DNA from: an uncultured Bacilli bacterium
GTDB lineage: Bacteria > Bacillota_I > Bacilli_A > RF39 > UBA660
Assembly: GCA_934120715.1 (NCBI GenBank)
Contig: CAKOUW010000002.1
Location: 78,564 to 142,563, forward strand
Reading direction: 5' to 3'
DNA: 64,000 nucleotides
Below are positions 18,881 through 32,072 of the stretch, one piece after another (within the stretch, counting starts at the first letter, position 1; each line of letters opens with the position of its first letter). Below the pieces are notes generated by a model. The model did not search any database, was not told the origin of the DNA, and saw nothing but the letters and a program-made list of their open reading frames with translations. Both the position numbers and the translations under genes were made by a program.

Positions 18881-21800
18881 ATGATAGGTGGGGTGAATTT
18901 AGTGTCATTTAAATTAGTTAATTGTGGTGATCATCGACAAAGAAGAAATTTCTCAAGAATTAGAAATTCATATGAGCTTAAAGGTTTATTAGAAATTCAA
19001 AAGAAATCATATAATTGGTTTATTGAAACTGGAATTAAAGAAGTTCTACAGGATTTTTCGCCTGTTGAAAATTTTTCTGGTACTTTAAGAGTTGAATTTG
19101 GTGATTATCATTTTGATGAGCCAAGATATTCTATTAGGGAAAGTAAGAATAGAGAAACTACTTATTCTGCTCCTTTAAGAGTTGAAGTTCGTCTATTTAA
19201 TCAGGAAACTGGTGAAGTTAAAGAACAAGAAATATTTATGGGTGATATGCCTATAATGACTGAAAGTGGTACTTTTGTTATTAATGGTGCTGAACGTGTA
19301 ATTGTTTCTCAACTTGTACGTTCTCCGAGTGTTTATTTTAATAGAGAAATAGATAAAAATGGACGTGAATTAATTACTTCACAAATTATACCTACTCGTG
19401 GTACTTGGTTAGAATTTGAATCAGATGCAAGAGATGTTTTATATGTTCGTATAGATAGAACTAGAAAAGTTACTTTAACTACTTTACTTAGGGCTTTTGG
19501 TTTATCTAGTGATGAAGATATTTTAGGTATGTTTGGTGATAACTTCTATTTAAAAAATACTATAGCAAAGGATTCTACTAAGAATACAGATGAGGCTTTA
19601 ATTGAAATTTATGAAAAATTAAGACCTGGTGAACCTGCTACTTTGGATTCATCAAAGAACCAAATTATTACTCGTTTCTTTGATGAGTTTAGATATGATT
19701 TAGCTAAAGTTGGTAGATATAAATTTAATCGTAAATTAAATGTTGTTGATAGATTATTAGATCAAACTCTAGCTGAGAACATCGTAGTTGATGGAAATGT
19801 TGTTTTCTCTAAGGGCGATGTTATAACTAAGGCAAACTTACCTGAATTGAAGGAAGTTCTTTCTAAAGGTTTTGGTGTTTGTGAAGTTAAGGTTAATGAA
19901 GAATTAGATCAATATAATAAAGTACAAATAGTTAAAATATATGATCCTGCTGATAAAAAGAAGATTATTTCTGTTATTGGTAATGATCAATCGATTGATG
20001 TTAAGAGATTAACTATTTCTGATGTTTATGCTTCTGTTTCTTATTATTTAAATTTATTAGGTGGAGTAGGAAACTTTGATGAAATAGATCATTTGGGTAA
20101 TAGACGTATTCGTCAAGTTGGAGAACTTTTACAAAATCAATTTAGAATTGGTGTTTCTAGAATGGAGAGAGTTATTAGAGAGAGAATGACTACTCAGGAA
20201 ATGGAAGAAGTTACTCCTAAGACTCTTATCAATATTAGACCAGTTACTGCTGCTATGAAGGAATTCTTTGGAAGCAGTCAACTTTCACAATTCATGGATC
20301 AAACAAATCCAATTGCAGAACTTACTAATAAACGTCGTTTATCTGCATTAGGACCTGGTGGTCTTTCTCGTGATAGAGCTGGTGTTGAAGTTCGTGACGT
20401 TAACGCTTCACACTATGGTCGTATTTGTCCAATTGAGTCTCCAGAAGGACCTAATATCGGACTTATTACATCATTAGCAAGTTATGCTAAAATTGATGAT
20501 TATGGATTTATAATGACTCCTTATAGAAAAGTCAATGATTGTCATATTACAGATGAAGTATGTTATTTAACAGCTGATGAAGAATTAGATTATATTATTT
20601 CACAATCAACAGTTGGAACTGATGAGAATAATACTATTACAGATGAATTTGTAAATGCACGTTTCCGTGGAGAAAATATTTTAGCTAAACCTTCACAGGT
20701 TGATTATATTGACGTATCTCCTCAACAGGTTGTTTCTGTTACTACTAGTTGTATCCCATTCCTAGAGCATGATGATGCTACTCGTGCTTCAATGGGAGCA
20801 AACATGCAACGTCAGGCTATGCCTTTAATTAAAACAGAGGCTCCATATGTTGGTACAGGTGTTGAGTTTATAGCAGCAAAGGACTCTGGTGTTGAGATAA
20901 TCGCTAAGAGTGATGGTATTGTTGAATATGCAGATGCTAAGAAAATTATTGTTAAGACAAAAGAGGGAAAAGATACATATACTTTAGCTAACTTTGAACT
21001 TGCCAACTCTAGTATTTGTTCTCATCAAAGACCTATTGTTCATCCTGGTGATAAAGTTGTTGCTGGTAAAACTATTTTAGCGGATGGTAATTCTACTGAT
21101 ATGGGTGAGTTAGCATTAGGTAAAAATATGACAGTTGCTTTCATGACATTTAATGGTTATAACTATGAGGATGCTGTTATCTTAAATGAAAATTTAGTTA
21201 AAGATGATAAGTATACATCACTACATCTTGAAGACTATGAAATGCAATGTCGTGAGACTAAACTTGGACCTGAAGAAATAACTAGAGATATTCCAAATGT
21301 AAGTGAAGAAGCTCGTCGTAATTTGGATGAAAATGGTATCGTAGCTATTGGTACAGAAGTTAAAGAAGGAGATATCCTTGTTGGTAAAGTTACACCTAAG
21401 GGTATGGCAGAACTTACTTCTGAAGAAAAGTTGCTACATGCAATCTTTGGTGAAAAAACTCGTGAAGTTCGTGATACATCATTACGTGTTCCTCATGGTG
21501 GTGATGGAATCGTTCATGATATTAAGATTTATTCTAGAAAAGATAATGATGAATTGCCTGCTGGTGTTTCAAAAGTTATCCGTGTATATATAATTCAAAA
21601 ACGTAAAATACAAGTAGGAGATAAGATGTCTGGACGTCATGGTAATAAGGGTGTTATTTCTCTTATTCTTCCTCAAGAAGATATGCCATACTTACCAGAT
21701 GGTACTCCTGTTGATATAATGCTTAACCCTCAAGGTGTTCCTTCTCGTATGAACTTTGGACAGATTCTTGAAATTCATATGGGTATGGCTTGTAAGAAAT

Positions 21801-22552
21801 TAGGTGTTCATATTGCTACTCCAGTTTTTGATGGAGCACATATAGATGATATAAGGGCAATGATGAAGGAAGCTGGAATGGATGAAGATGGTAAAACAGT
21901 TCTTTATGATGGACGTACTGGTGAACCATTTGATCATAGAATTGCTGTTGGTGTAATGTACATGATAAAACTTCATCACATGGTTGATGATAAATTACAT
22001 GCTCGTTCTACTGGACCTTACTCATTAGTTACTCAACAACCTCTTGGAGGAAAAGCTCAGTTCGGTGGACAGAGATTTGGAGAAATGGAAGTTTGGGCAT
22101 TGTATGCATATGGTGCTGCACATACATTACAAGAAATTTTAACTGTTAAATCTGATGATGTTGTAGGACGTGTTAAAGTTTATGAGTCTATTATTAAGGG
22201 ACAAGAAATAAATAGAGCTGGTGTTCCTGAATCATTCAGAGTATTGTTGAAAGAATTCCAAGCATTGGGTCTTGATATATCTATCATTAATGATGAAGGT
22301 GAAACATTACAATTAAAAGAAATAGAAGATGCTGAAGATAGAGAAGATTTAAATTTATCTATCGATGAATTGGAAAAGTCACCAACTAGAGAGTTAACAA
22401 AAGATTTGAATGTTGTTACTGCTGATGAAGATGAACTTGTTGATGGTGATCTTGATGAGGATGAAGACGAAGATATGGACGACTTAGATGAAGAATTTAT
22501 GGATGATATGGAAGATATAGAAGATAGTTTTGAGGAAGGAGCTGATATTTAA
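18881..22552 (+). CDS. rpoB: DNA-directed RNA polymerase beta subunit, with an acidic C-terminal tail
   Basis: Full-length RpoB homology. The start is ambiguous between ATG 18881 and GTG 18902 (RBS ggtggggtg). Confidence 0.97.
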   Translation: MIGGVNLVSFKLVNCGDHRQRRNFSRIRNSYELKGLLEIQKKSYNWFIETGIKEVLQDFSPVENFSGTLRVEFGDYHFDEPRYSIRESKNRETTYSAPLRVEVRLFNQETGEVKEQEIFMGDMPIMTESGTFVINGAERVIVSQLVRSPSVYFNREIDKNGRELITSQIIPTRGTWLEFESDARDVLYVRIDRTRKVTLTTLLRAFGLSSDEDILGMFGDNFYLKNTIAKDSTKNTDEALIEIYEKLRPGEPATLDSSKNQIITRFFDEFRYDLAKVGRYKFNRKLNVVDRLLDQTLAENIVVDGNVVFSKGDVITKANLPELKEVLSKGFGVCEVKVNEELDQYNKVQIVKIYDPADKKKIISVIGNDQSIDVKRLTISDVYASVSYYLNLLGGVGNFDEIDHLGNRRIRQVGELLQNQFRIGVSRMERVIRERMTTQEMEEVTPKTLINIRPVTAAMKEFFGSSQLSQFMDQTNPIAELTNKRRLSALGPGGLSRDRAGVEVRDVNASHYGRICPIESPEGPNIGLITSLASYAKIDDYGFIMTPYRKVNDCHITDEVCYLTADEELDYIISQSTVGTDENNTITDEFVNARFRGENILAKPSQVDYIDVSPQQVVSVTTSCIPFLEHDDATRASMGANMQRQAMPLIKTEAPYVGTGVEFIAAKDSGVEIIAKSDGIVEYADAKKIIVKTKEGKDTYTLANFELANSSICSHQRPIVHPGDKVVAGKTILADGNSTDMGELALGKNMTVAFMTFNGYNYEDAVILNENLVKDDKYTSLHLEDYEMQCRETKLGPEEITRDIPNVSEEARRNLDENGIVAIGTEVKEGDILVGKVTPKGMAELTSEEKLLHAIFGEKTREVRDTSLRVPHGGDGIVHDIKIYSRKDNDELPAGVSKVIRVYIIQKRKIQVGDKMSGRHGNKGVISLILPQEDMPYLPDGTPVDIMLNPQGVPSRMNFGQILEIHMGMACKKLGVHIATPVFDGAHIDDIRAMMKEAGMDEDGKTVLYDGRTGEPFDHRIAVGVMYMIKLHHMVDDKLHARSTGPYSLVTQQPLGGKAQFGGQRFGEMEVWALYAYGAAHTLQEILTVKSDDVVGRVKVYESIIKGQEINRAGVPESFRVLLKEFQALGLDISIINDEGETLQLKEIEDAEDREDLNLSIDELEKSPTRELTKDLNVVTADEDELVDGDLDEDEDEDMDDLDEEFMDDMEDIEDSFEEGADI

Positions 22553-25500
22553 TGATAGAAGTTAATAAATTTGATGCTTTAAAAATAGGTATAGCTTCTC
22601 CAGAAAAAATCCGTGAATGGTCTTATGGTGAAGTAAAGAAACCTGAAACTATTAATTATCGTACTCTTAGACCAGAACGCGATGGTTTGTTCTGTGAAAA
22701 GATTTTCGGACCTTCTAAAGATTTTGAATGTGCTTGTGGTAAATATAAGCGAGTTCGTTATAAAAATATAGTATGTGATAGATGTGGAGTTGAAGTTACA
22801 AGATCAAAGGTTCGTCGTGAACGTATGGGTCATATTGAACTTGCGACTCCTGTATCTCACATTTGGTTCTTTAAAGGTGTTCCTTCTCGTATGGGATTAG
22901 TTCTTGATATGAGTCCTAGAGATTTGGAAGAAGTTTTATACTTTGTTAGTTATGTTGTTGTTGATAAAGGAAATGCTCCTTTAGAGAATAAGCAAACACT
23001 TTCTGAAAAAGAATATCGTGCATATTATGAAAAATATGGTACTGGCTTTAAAGTTGGTATGGGAGCTGAAGCAATTAAGGAATTGCTAAAGAAAGTTGAT
23101 TTAAAGGCTGATATAGATAAAATAACTAGTGAATTAGAGACTGCTCAAGGTCAAAAGAGGACTAGATTATTAAAACGTTTAGATGTCTTAGATGCTTTTT
23201 ATAAATCTGGAAATAAGCCAGAGTGGATGATACTTGATTGTATCCCTGTAATTCCACCTGATCTTAGACCGATGATTCAGTTAGACGGTGGAAGATTTGC
23301 TACTAGTGATTTAAATGATTTATATAGAAGAGTAATAAATCGTAATAATCGTTTAAAGAAACTTATAGATTTAGGAGCTCCTGGTATCATTATTCAAAAT
23401 GAAAAACGTATGTTGCAAGAGGCAGTTGATGCTTTATTTGATAATGGACGTCGTGGTAGAAGTATAACTGGTGCTGGAAATAGACCTTTAAAATCTTTAT
23501 CTAGTATGTTAAAAGGTAAACAAGGACGTTTCCGTCAGAACTTATTAGGTAAACGTGTTGATTATTCTGGACGTTCTGTTATAGTTGTTGGACCAAACTT
23601 GAAGATGTATCAATGTGGTATACCTAAAGAAATGGCTCTTGAATTATTTAAACCTCATGTTATTAACGGTTTAGTAAAGAAAGATATCGCTCATAATATT
23701 AAAGCTGCGAAGAGACTAATAGATAATCAAGATCCTGTTGTTTGGGATATAGTAGAAGAAGTTATTAAAGAACATCCTGTTATGTTAAACAGAGCTCCTA
23801 CACTACATAGACTTGGTATTCAAGCATTTGAACCGGTTTTAGTTGGTGGTAAAGCTATTCGTTTACACCCATTAGTTTGTCCAGCATTTAACGCTGACTT
23901 TGATGGTGACCAGATGGCCGTTCACGTTCCACTATCAGAAGAGGCTCAAGCAGAAGCTAGGTTATTAATGTTAGGTGCTAACAATATCTTAAAACCTTCA
24001 AGTGGTGATCCTATTGTTACTCCAAGTCAGGACATGGTTTTAGGTAATTACTATATAACTATGGAAAAGGCTGGAGAAGATGGCGAAGGTAGAGTATTTA
24101 AAGATACTAATGAAGCTTTAATGGCTTATGAAAGACGTGAAATAACTCTACATACTCGTATTGTTATTCCAGTTGATTCATTTAAACATAAATTATTTAC
24201 AGAGAGTCAAAAGGGTAAATATTTAGTTACTACTGTAGGAAAGATTAAGTTTAATGAGATTTTACCAGATTCATTTGCTTATATTAATGAACCTACTGAT
24301 ACTAATATTTCTAGTATTACTCCTAATAAGTATTTCTTGGATAGAGGAGTTAATATACCTGAGGCTATTAAAGAGATGCCTCTAGTTAATCCTTTTGTTA
24401 AAGGAACTCTTGAAAAGATTATTGCACAAATATTTAAACGTTATAAAACTACTGAAACATCTATCATGCTTGATAGTTTAAAAGATTTAGGATTTAAATA
24501 TTCTACTATTTCAGGAATTACTGTTAGTATGGCTGATGTTGAAATTAGTAAGAAGAAACCTGAAATAGTTGCTGAAGCTCAAAAGACTGTTGATAAGATT
24601 AATAAACAGTATAAGAGAGGTTTAATAACTGATGAAGAACGTTATAACAACGTTATTAGTACTTGGAATAATGCTACTGACCAGGTAAAAGCAGAACTTG
24701 AAGCTGTTTCACATACTGATATTGATAATCCAATATTCATAATGATGAACTCTAAAGCTCGTGGTAATATTTCGAACTTTACACAAGTTGCTGGTATGCG
24801 TGGTATTATGGCTAAGCCAGATGGTACATCAGTAGAAATTCCAATTCTTTCAAACTTTATCGAAGGTTTGTCAGTTGCTGAATTCTTCTTATCTACCCAT
24901 GGTACTCGTAAAGGTTTAGCAGATACAGCTTTAAAAACTGCAGATTCTGGATATTTGACTCGTCGTTTAGTTGATGTCAGTCAAGATATGATTGTTAGAG
25001 AAGAAGATTGTGGTACTGATCAAGGTGTTGTTGTTCATGCATTTATTAATGAAAAAACAGGTTCTGTAATTGAAAGTCTACATGATCGTATTGTTGGTAG
25101 ATTTGCTAACAAGAAGATTATTAATCCAGAAACTAAAGAAGTCATTGTTGATAAATTACAAATGATTACTGAGTCTTTAGCTGATAAAATTGTGGCAGCT
25201 GGTATAAATGAAGTTGAGATACGTACTATTTTAACTTGTGCTACTCCTAATGGTGTATGTCAAAAGTGTTATGGTCGTAACTTAGCTACTGGTAACTTAG
25301 TAGAAGTTGGTGAAGCTATTGGTGTTATGGCTGCTCAATCAATTGGTGAACCTGGTACTCAGCTTACAATGCGTACATTCCACTCTGGTGGAGTTGCTCA
25401 CGGTGGTGATGCTGATATTACTCAAGGTCTTCCTCGTGTTCAAGAATTATTTGAAGCGCGTAATCCAAAAGCAAAAGCAACTATTGCTGAGATTGATGGT

Positions 25501-26190
25501 ACAGTTTCAAAGATTAAAGAAGATCATGGTAAATATAAGATTAGTATTACTAATAAATTAGAGACTAAAGAACATGTTACTAATTATGGTTCTAAGCTTT
25601 GTGTTGCAAAGGGTGATACAGTTAGTTGTGGAGATAGACTTACTGAAGGAGCTATTAGTCCTAAAGAATTACTTGCTGTTACTGATCCAATTACTACTCA
25701 AGAATACATATTAAAAGAAGTTCAAAATACATATAGATCTCAGGGTGTTGATATTTCTGATAAGCACGTTGAAGTAATAGCTAGAAGAATGATTTCTAAG
25801 ATCAGAATTGTTGAAAGTGGAGATACTAAATTCTTACCTGGTTCTTTAGTTAACTTTAGAGAATTTACTGATGGTAATAAAGATGCAATTATTAAAGGTA
25901 AAAAGCCTGCTTTAGGAAAACCAATATTATTAGGTATTACTAAGGCTGCTCTTGAAACTGATTCATTCTTATCTGCTGCATCATTCCAAGAGACTACTAG
26001 AATCTTAACGGATGCTGCTATAAAGGGTAAAGTTGATCCATTATCTGGATTAAAAGAGAATGTAATAATTGGTAAATTGATTCCTGCAGGTACTGGTAGT
26101 AAAGCTTATAGAGATGTTGAATTTGAGCTTAAATCAGAATTTATGGATGAAGAACCATTAGAAAAATTAGAAGATCAATTTATGGAGTAG
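22552..26190 (+). CDS. rpoC: DNA-directed RNA polymerase beta' subunit
   Basis: Zn-finger CX2C...CX2C and NADFDGD catalytic motif. The start overlaps the rpoB stop (ATGA). Confidence 0.97.
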   Translation: MIEVNKFDALKIGIASPEKIREWSYGEVKKPETINYRTLRPERDGLFCEKIFGPSKDFECACGKYKRVRYKNIVCDRCGVEVTRSKVRRERMGHIELATPVSHIWFFKGVPSRMGLVLDMSPRDLEEVLYFVSYVVVDKGNAPLENKQTLSEKEYRAYYEKYGTGFKVGMGAEAIKELLKKVDLKADIDKITSELETAQGQKRTRLLKRLDVLDAFYKSGNKPEWMILDCIPVIPPDLRPMIQLDGGRFATSDLNDLYRRVINRNNRLKKLIDLGAPGIIIQNEKRMLQEAVDALFDNGRRGRSITGAGNRPLKSLSSMLKGKQGRFRQNLLGKRVDYSGRSVIVVGPNLKMYQCGIPKEMALELFKPHVINGLVKKDIAHNIKAAKRLIDNQDPVVWDIVEEVIKEHPVMLNRAPTLHRLGIQAFEPVLVGGKAIRLHPLVCPAFNADFDGDQMAVHVPLSEEAQAEARLLMLGANNILKPSSGDPIVTPSQDMVLGNYYITMEKAGEDGEGRVFKDTNEALMAYERREITLHTRIVIPVDSFKHKLFTESQKGKYLVTTVGKIKFNEILPDSFAYINEPTDTNISSITPNKYFLDRGVNIPEAIKEMPLVNPFVKGTLEKIIAQIFKRYKTTETSIMLDSLKDLGFKYSTISGITVSMADVEISKKKPEIVAEAQKTVDKINKQYKRGLITDEERYNNVISTWNNATDQVKAELEAVSHTDIDNPIFIMMNSKARGNISNFTQVAGMRGIMAKPDGTSVEIPILSNFIEGLSVAEFFLSTHGTRKGLADTALKTADSGYLTRRLVDVSQDMIVREEDCGTDQGVVVHAFINEKTGSVIESLHDRIVGRFANKKIINPETKEVIVDKLQMITESLADKIVAAGINEVEIRTILTCATPNGVCQKCYGRNLATGNLVEVGEAIGVMAAQSIGEPGTQLTMRTFHSGGVAHGGDADITQGLPRVQELFEARNPKAKATIAEIDGTVSKIKEDHGKYKISITNKLETKEHVTNYGSKLCVAKGDTVSCGDRLTEGAISPKELLAVTDPITTQEYILKEVQNTYRSQGVDISDKHVEVIARRMISKIRIVESGDTKFLPGSLVNFREFTDGNKDAIIKGKKPALGKPILLGITKAALETDSFLSAASFQETTRILTDAAIKGKVDPLSGLKENVIIGKLIPAGTGSKAYRDVEFELKSEFMDEEPLEKLEDQFME

Positions 26191-26207
26191 ATTTCTACTC
26201 CTTTTTT
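26184..26207 (+). terminator. rho-independent terminator after rpoC
   Basis: ggagtagatttctactcc followed by T6. Confidence 0.75.
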
Positions 26208-26249
26208 GTTATAAAAATTATTTATTTGAATAAGTTTTTAATATGAGTA

Positions 26250-26278
26250 TTGACATTGTTTTTATAAGGTGCTATATT
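26250..26278 (+). promoter_or_regulatory. sigma-A promoter of the rpsL-rpsG-fusA-tuf (str) operon
   Basis: TTGACA-17-TATATT. Confidence 0.6.
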
Positions 26279-26375
26279 ATTCTTGCTGGTTAAATAGCTT
26301 TGCTTTTTATGCAAAGTTTTATTTAAAGGGTAAAATGACACACCTGGATATGTGTAAAGAAAGGAGATATATTTT

Positions 26376-26795
26376 ATGCCTACAATTAACCAATTAGTTC
26401 ATAAAAATCGTAAGGACAAGGTAAGAAAGAGTAAAGCCCCTGTTTTAGGAATCGGTTTAAATACTATTCAAAAGAAAGCAACTGATGTTAATTCACCTCA
26501 AAAACGTGGTGTATGTACTCGTGTTGGTACTAAGACACCTAAAAAGCCAAACTCTGCATTACGTAAGTATGCTCGTGTACGTTTATCTAATGGTAAGGAA
26601 GTAGATACTTATATTCCTGGAATTGGTCATAACTTACAAGAACATAGTGTTGTATTGATTCGTGGTGGACGTGTTAAGGACTTAATCGGAGTTCGTTATC
26701 ACATAGTTCGTGGTACTTTAGATACTGCTGGTGTTAAAGACCGTAAACAAGGTCGTAGTAAGTATGGTGCAAAAAAACCAAAAGACAGTAAATAA
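26376..26795 (+). CDS. rpsL: 30S ribosomal protein S12
   Basis: PTINQLV...[10 protein letters not shown]. Confidence 0.97.
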   Translation: MPTINQLVHKNRKDKVRKSKAPVLGIGLNTIQKKATDVNSPQKRGVCTRVGTKTPKKPNSALRKYARVRLSNGKEVDTYIPGIGHNLQEHSVVLIRGGRVKDLIGVRYHIVRGTLDTAGVKDRKQGRSKYGAKKPKDSK

Positions 26796-26824
26796 GATTG
26801 TATTTTTGAAGGGAGGAAGTAAAA

Positions 26825-27292
26825 ATGCGTAAGAGACGTGCTGCTAAAAGAGATATTTTACCAGATCCAATATATAAGTCAAAAGTAGTTGCTAAACTAA
26901 TTAATACTATTATGTTAGATGGTAAAAAAGGAATTGCACAATCTATAGTTTATGAAGCTTTTGATAAAGTAAAGAACAAGACTGGTAGAGATGCCCTTGA
27001 AGTTTTTGATGAAGCTATGAAAAATATTATACCGCAACTTGAAGTTAAGAGTCGTCGTGTTGGTGGTGCTAACTATCAAGTACCTATAGAGGTAAGTTCA
27101 GCAAGAGGTCTTGCTTTGGGTCTTAGATGGCTTACAAAGTATTCTCGTGAACGTGGTGGTAAAGGTATGGCTGATAATTTAGCCAATGAAATAATTGATG
27201 CATCTAATGGTACAGGTGCAGCTGTTAAGAAACGTGAAGATACTCATAGAATGGCTGAAGCTAATAAAGCTTATGCTCATTATAGATGGTAG
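26825..27292 (+). CDS. rpsG: 30S ribosomal protein S7
   Basis: S7 family sequence. Confidence 0.97.
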   Translation: MRKRRAAKRDILPDPIYKSKVVAKLINTIMLDGKKGIAQSIVYEAFDKVKNKTGRDALEVFDEAMKNIIPQLEVKSRRVGGANYQVPIEVSSARGLALGLRWLTKYSRERGGKGMADNLANEIIDASNGTGAAVKKREDTHRMAEANKAYAHYRW

Positions 27293-27304
27293 AAGGGAGC
27301 TATT

Positions 27305-29374
27305 ATGACAAGAGATACGTCTTTAGAAAAAACTAGAAATTTTGGTATTATGGCTCATATCGATGCAGGTAAAACTACTACTACTGAGCGTATTCTATTT
27401 CATGGCGGTAATATCCATAAAATAGGAGAAACTCATGATGGTGCTGCACAAATGGACTGGATGGAACAAGAAAAAGAGCGTGGTATTACTATCACATCTG
27501 CTGCTACAACTGTTCATTGGAAAGGATATCGTTATAATATCATTGATACTCCAGGACACGTAGACTTCACTATTGAAGTTAGTCGTAGTTTGAGAGTATT
27601 AGATGGATCAGTAGCATTACTTGATGCACAAGCTGGTGTTGAATCTCAAATGGAAACAGTATGGCGTCAAGCTGATGAATTTATGGTACCTAGAATTATT
27701 TTTGCAAATAAAATGGGTAAAATGGGTGCTGATTTTGCATATAGTTTAAAATCAATTAAAGATCGTTTAGGAGTTAATGCTAAAGCAATTGAATGGCCTA
27801 TTGGTGCTGAAGATGACTTCCATGGAGTTATTGATTTGGTTACTATGAAAGCTATTGAATTTGATGGTAAGCCTGAAGAGGATGCTAAAGCGATTGAAAT
27901 TCCTGAAGATTTAAAATCTTTAGTTGAGGAGAAACATGCTGAATTAATTGACTCAGTTGCTGAGTTTGATGATGAAATGATGGAAACTTACCTTGATGGT
28001 GGAGAAGTTACTGTTGAAATGATTAAACGTGCTATACGTAAAGGTTGTCTTTCTACTAAATTTTTCCCTGTTATGTGTGGAGATGCTTTAGGAAATAAAG
28101 GTATTAAACCTTTAATGGATGCCGTTATTGATTATTTACCAAGTCCATTAGATGTTGAATCTATAAAGGGTCACAATTTAAAAGGTGAAGAAGAAGTACG
28201 TCATCCTAGTGATAGTGAACCTTTTGCTGCATTAGCATTTAAGGTTATGACTGATCCATTTGTTGGACGTTTAACATTCTTTAGAGTTTATTCTGGTCAC
28301 TTATCAAGTGGTTCATATGTTTTAAATTCTACTAAGGATTGTAAAGAGAGAGTTGGTCGTATTCTTCAGATGCATGCTAATAACCGTAAGGAAATCTCAG
28401 ATGTATATACTGGAGATATAGCTGCTGCAGTTGGATTAAAGAATACTACAACTGGTGATACTTTATGTGATGAGAAAAAGCCAATTATTTTGGAAAGTTT
28501 AATTGTTCCAGAACCAGTTATCCAATTAGCTGTAGAGCCTAAATCTAAAGCTGATCAAGATAAAATGGCATTAGCATTACAAAAATTAGCTGAAGAGGAT
28601 CCTACATTTAAAGTTCATACTGATCATGAAACTGGTCAAACAGTTATAGCTGGTATGGGTGAGTTACACTTAGATGTATTAGTTGATCGTATGAGACGTG
28701 AATTTAACGTTGAAGCTAATGTAGGTGCACCACAAGTTGCTTATCGTGAGACTATTAAGCAAGCTGGTGAGTGTGAAGGTAAATATATTAAACAATCTGG
28801 TGGACGTGGTCAATATGGTCATGTTTGGGTTAGATTTGAGCCAAATCCAGATAAAGGTTATGAATTTGTTGATGAAATAGTTGGTGGTGTAGTTCCTCGT
28901 GAATATATCCCAGTTGTTGACAAAGGATTACAAGAAGCTTTACAAACAGGTGTTCTTGCAGGATATCCTATGATAGATGTTAAAGCAACATTATTTGATG
29001 GTTCTTACCATGATGTTGACTCTAACGAAATGGCATTTAAGATTGCAGCTAGCTTTGCACTAAAAGAAGCTAAAAATAAGTGTAAACCTGTATTACTTGA
29101 GCCAATAATGAAAGTTGAAGTTACTACACCAGAAGAATATTTTGGTAATGTTATGGGTGACTTAACTGCTCGTCGTGGTAAACCACTTGGCCAAGAAGCA
29201 CTAGGAAATGTTGTTAAATTAAGTGCTATGGTTCCATTATCAGAAATGTTTGGGTATGCTACTACTTTACGTTCTAATACACAGGGTAGAGCACAATTCT
29301 CAATGTTCCCAGATCATTATGAAGAAGTACCTAAAAATATTTCTGAAGAAATAATTAAAAAAAGTGGAAATTAA
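27305..29374 (+). CDS. fusA: elongation factor G
   Basis: G1 [17 protein letters not shown] and domains II-V. Confidence 0.97.
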   Translation: MTRDTSLEKTRNFGIMAHIDAGKTTTTERILFHGGNIHKIGETHDGAAQMDWMEQEKERGITITSAATTVHWKGYRYNIIDTPGHVDFTIEVSRSLRVLDGSVALLDAQAGVESQMETVWRQADEFMVPRIIFANKMGKMGADFAYSLKSIKDRLGVNAKAIEWPIGAEDDFHGVIDLVTMKAIEFDGKPEEDAKAIEIPEDLKSLVEEKHAELIDSVAEFDDEMMETYLDGGEVTVEMIKRAIRKGCLSTKFFPVMCGDALGNKGIKPLMDAVIDYLPSPLDVESIKGHNLKGEEEVRHPSDSEPFAALAFKVMTDPFVGRLTFFRVYSGHLSSGSYVLNSTKDCKERVGRILQMHANNRKEISDVYTGDIAAAVGLKNTTTGDTLCDEKKPIILESLIVPEPVIQLAVEPKSKADQDKMALALQKLAEEDPTFKVHTDHETGQTVIAGMGELHLDVLVDRMRREFNVEANVGAPQVAYRETIKQAGECEGKYIKQSGGRGQYGHVWVRFEPNPDKGYEFVDEIVGGVVPREYIPVVDKGLQEALQTGVLAGYPMIDVKATLFDGSYHDVDSNEMAFKIAASFALKEAKNKCKPVLLEPIMKVEVTTPEEYFGNVMGDLTARRGKPLGQEALGNVVKLSAMVPLSEMFGYATTLRSNTQGRAQFSMFPDHYEEVPKNISEEIIKKSGN

Positions 29375-29456
29375 TTAAAATTTGATATCAAATAGTTGAA
29401 AAATCTTCAATTATTAGATAAAATAAATATTGTATATAAGAGGAGGAATTTATAAT

Positions 29457-30641
29457 ATGGCAAAAGAAAAATTTGATCGTTCAAAACCACATGTTAACAT
29501 TGGTACAATTGGACACGTAGATCATGGTAAAACTACTTTAACTGCTGCTATTACAAAATGCTTAGCTGGTAAAAATGGTAACCAAGCTGTTGACTTTGCT
29601 AACATCGATAAAGCACCAGAAGAAAGAGAACGTGGTATTACTATTAATACTGCACACGTTGAATATAGTACAGATAAGAGACATTATGCACATGTTGACT
29701 GTCCAGGACATGCAGACTATGTAAAGAACATGATTACTGGTGCTGCTCAAATGGATGGAGCAATCTTAGTTATTGCTGCTACTGATGGTCCAATGGCACA
29801 AACTCGTGAACATATCTTACTTGCTCGTCAAGTTGGAGTACCTAAAATGGTTGTTTTCATGAATAAATGTGATATGGTTGACGATCCAGAATTATTAGAT
29901 TTAGTAGAAATGGAAATTCGTGACTTATTAAATGAATATGGTTACGAAGGAGATGATACTCCAATTATCCGTGGTTCAGCTTTAAAAGCTCTTGAAGGAG
30001 ATCCTGAATGGGTTGGTAAGATTGATGAATTAATGGATGCTGTTGATACTTGGATCCCAACTCCAGATAGAGATACTGACAAGCCATTCTTAATGAGTAT
30101 TGAAGATGTATTCACTATTACTGGACGTGGTACAGTTGTTACTGGACGTGTTGAACGTGGACAACTTAAACTTAACGACGAGGTTGAAATCGTTGGTATC
30201 AAGCCAACTAAGAAGACTGTTGTTACTGGAATTGAAATGTTCCGTAAACAATTAGACTATGCTGAAGCTGGAGACAATGCTGGTGTATTATTACGTGGTA
30301 TTGCTCGTGAAGAAGTTGAACGTGGACAAGTCCTTGCTAAACCAGGAAGTGTTACACCTCATCATAAATTTAAGGCTACAGTTTATGTATTAAGTAAAGA
30401 AGAAGGCGGACGTCATACTCCATTCTTTACAAACTATCGTCCTCAATTCTATTTCAGAACTACAGATGTTACTGGTGTTATTGAATTACCAGAAGGAACT
30501 GAAATGGTTATGCCAGGTGATAACGTTAACATTACTGTTGAATTAATTCACCCAATCGCACTTGAACAAGGTACTAAATTCTCTATTCGTGAAGGTGGAC
30601 GTACTGTTGGTGCTGGTAATGTTACTGAAATCGTTGAGTAA
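29457..30641 (+). CDS. tuf: elongation factor Tu
   Basis: [31 protein letters not shown] 29457 follows aggagg, and the ORF-track start at 29430 is too early. Confidence 0.97.
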   Translation: MAKEKFDRSKPHVNIGTIGHVDHGKTTLTAAITKCLAGKNGNQAVDFANIDKAPEERERGITINTAHVEYSTDKRHYAHVDCPGHADYVKNMITGAAQMDGAILVIAATDGPMAQTREHILLARQVGVPKMVVFMNKCDMVDDPELLDLVEMEIRDLLNEYGYEGDDTPIIRGSALKALEGDPEWVGKIDELMDAVDTWIPTPDRDTDKPFLMSIEDVFTITGRGTVVTGRVERGQLKLNDEVEIVGIKPTKKTVVTGIEMFRKQLDYAEAGDNAGVLLRGIAREEVERGQVLAKPGSVTPHHKFKATVYVLSKEEGGRHTPFFTNYRPQFYFRTTDVTGVIELPEGTEMVMPGDNVNITVELIHPIALEQGTKFSIREGGRTVGAGNVTEIVE

Positions 30642-30657
30642 TATATAAATTAATAAA

Positions 30658-30690
30658 GAAAACCCGTTTCACATTGAAACGAGTTTTTTG
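30658..30690. terminator. bidirectional rho-independent terminator between tuf (+) and femX (-)
   Basis: aaaacccgtttcacattgaaacgagtttttt flanked by A- and T-runs. Confidence 0.7.
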
Positions 30691-30726
30691 ACTAAAAAAA
30701 GTATATAATTTTTATGATTATATACT

Positions 30727-31962
30727 TTATTTGTTAAAATTTTTATATAAGCTATATGTAAAATTGTTTAGTACTATATCAAATTCTCCAACATATTCTG
30801 TTATTATAGTATGATATCCTAGCTTCATTTCATTTAATCCTCTATATTTATTTTCTTTTTCAAATTCACCAACTATAGCATTTAAATTTAAATATTTATA
30901 TCCTCTTGTAATATATTCTTTGATAAGTTCCCATTTTATTAGATAGTTTGGATTAAGATGTGCGTATTTTTGATTAAAGCCTTCTGTATATATATAGGCA
31001 GCATGATCATATATAATAGTGATGCATCCACCAATTGTTATTCCTTCTGGATATTCTTTTAGTAATCTTGTTGATAGTAGTAGATTATTTTTGTAGGCAG
31101 ATATTAGTTTATCTGACTCCATTTTTTTATTTAAATAGTTTGTACGATCTTTAGGATTTAAATTAAAGTTTTGTACTTGCTCTGCTAGTTGTTCATTATT
31201 TTGAAGTTCTTGTTCATAGATTCTCCTACTATTTACTACAAAAGCTTCGGTATCTATTTTGGCATAATATATTTCGAGATTGTCTTCAAAGGAATTTTTT
31301 AATTCTTCATAAAATTTTATAGATTTTCTTTCTCCATTTTTGATGAGTTCATATAATGGCTTTATATCCTTTTTTCCATCTTGTTCTACAATTATTCCGG
31401 CATTAATTGCTTTTCTTATTTTATTTCTTGTTCTTTTGTCAAAACTATCAAATAATTCATTTTCTGATTTGTTAAGTAATACTAATGCTTCCCATCTAGA
31501 ATGCTCATTTTCAAAATATAAATTCTTTCCTTTATAATCGAATCCAGCTTGTTTTAAGTTGTTTATAATCATGTCTTCTTGGTGATTTATATTTAGTATA
31601 TCTCCATTATTACTTCTAACACTTATTGGTATATATGGGTCCATTCTTAGGAGCATAAATCCTTGTTTTCCTAGTAAATTTTTAAGTTTTGTTCCTAAGT
31701 CTTTAACAGCCTTTGTATTTTCATAGTCAAAGAGTATTCCTCGTGGAGCATAGGCTATTTTGTTTTTCATAAAAACTTCTTTATACATAATCATTGTGGC
31801 ACCAATTAACGAATTTAGGTCGTTAACTATTCCTAGGTAATGGACTTTGTATCCAAACTTTGTCATTGTGTTTCCATATGCAGTTGTTTGAAAATAATTT
31901 CTGTAGCGATGAGTTGATGCAAACTTATCGAATTGTTCTGGTCTTAATGTTACTATTTTCAT
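30727..31962 (-). CDS. FemAB/FemX-family peptidoglycan interpeptide-bridge aminoacyltransferase
   Basis: FemAB family architecture (~410 aa) with a central coiled-coil insertion. Confidence 0.75.
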   Translation of the reverse strand: MKIVTLRPEQFDKFASTHRYRNYFQTTAYGNTMTKFGYKVHYLGIVNDLNSLIGATMIMYKEVFMKNKIAYAPRGILFDYENTKAVKDLGTKLKNLLGKQGFMLLRMDPYIPISVRSNNGDILNINHQEDMIINNLKQAGFDYKGKNLYFENEHSRWEALVLLNKSENELFDSFDKRTRNKIRKAINAGIIVEQDGKKDIKPLYELIKNGERKSIKFYEELKNSFEDNLEIYYAKIDTEAFVVNSRRIYEQELQNNEQLAEQVQNFNLNPKDRTNYLNKKMESDKLISAYKNNLLLSTRLLKEYPEGITIGGCITIIYDHAAYIYTEGFNQKYAHLNPNYLIKWELIKEYITRGYKYLNLNAIVGEFEKENKYRGLNEMKLGYHTIITEYVGEFDIVLNNFTYSLYKNFNK

Positions 31963-32072
31963 ACACAGGCCACCTTTCTTTTGTTATTATACCATATTTT
32001 AATGAATTCTTTCAATAAATTTATAGTGGTTAAATGGCCTTATTAGTAGTATAATGGTATTGGTGATATAAG

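Noticed and set aside
20812-21006. Antisense or overlapping small ORFs from the six-frame track inside rpoB, rpoC, tuf, pflB, clpC, dus, the YfcC-like gene and others (for example 20812-21006, 25307-25561, 29562-29750, 29942-30202, 43308-43544, 3609-3979, 6690-6944, 8937-9233).
   Set aside because: They lie wholly inside strongly supported conserved genes on the opposite strand or in another frame. They have no RBS and low-complexity translations, as expected by chance in ~28% GC DNA.
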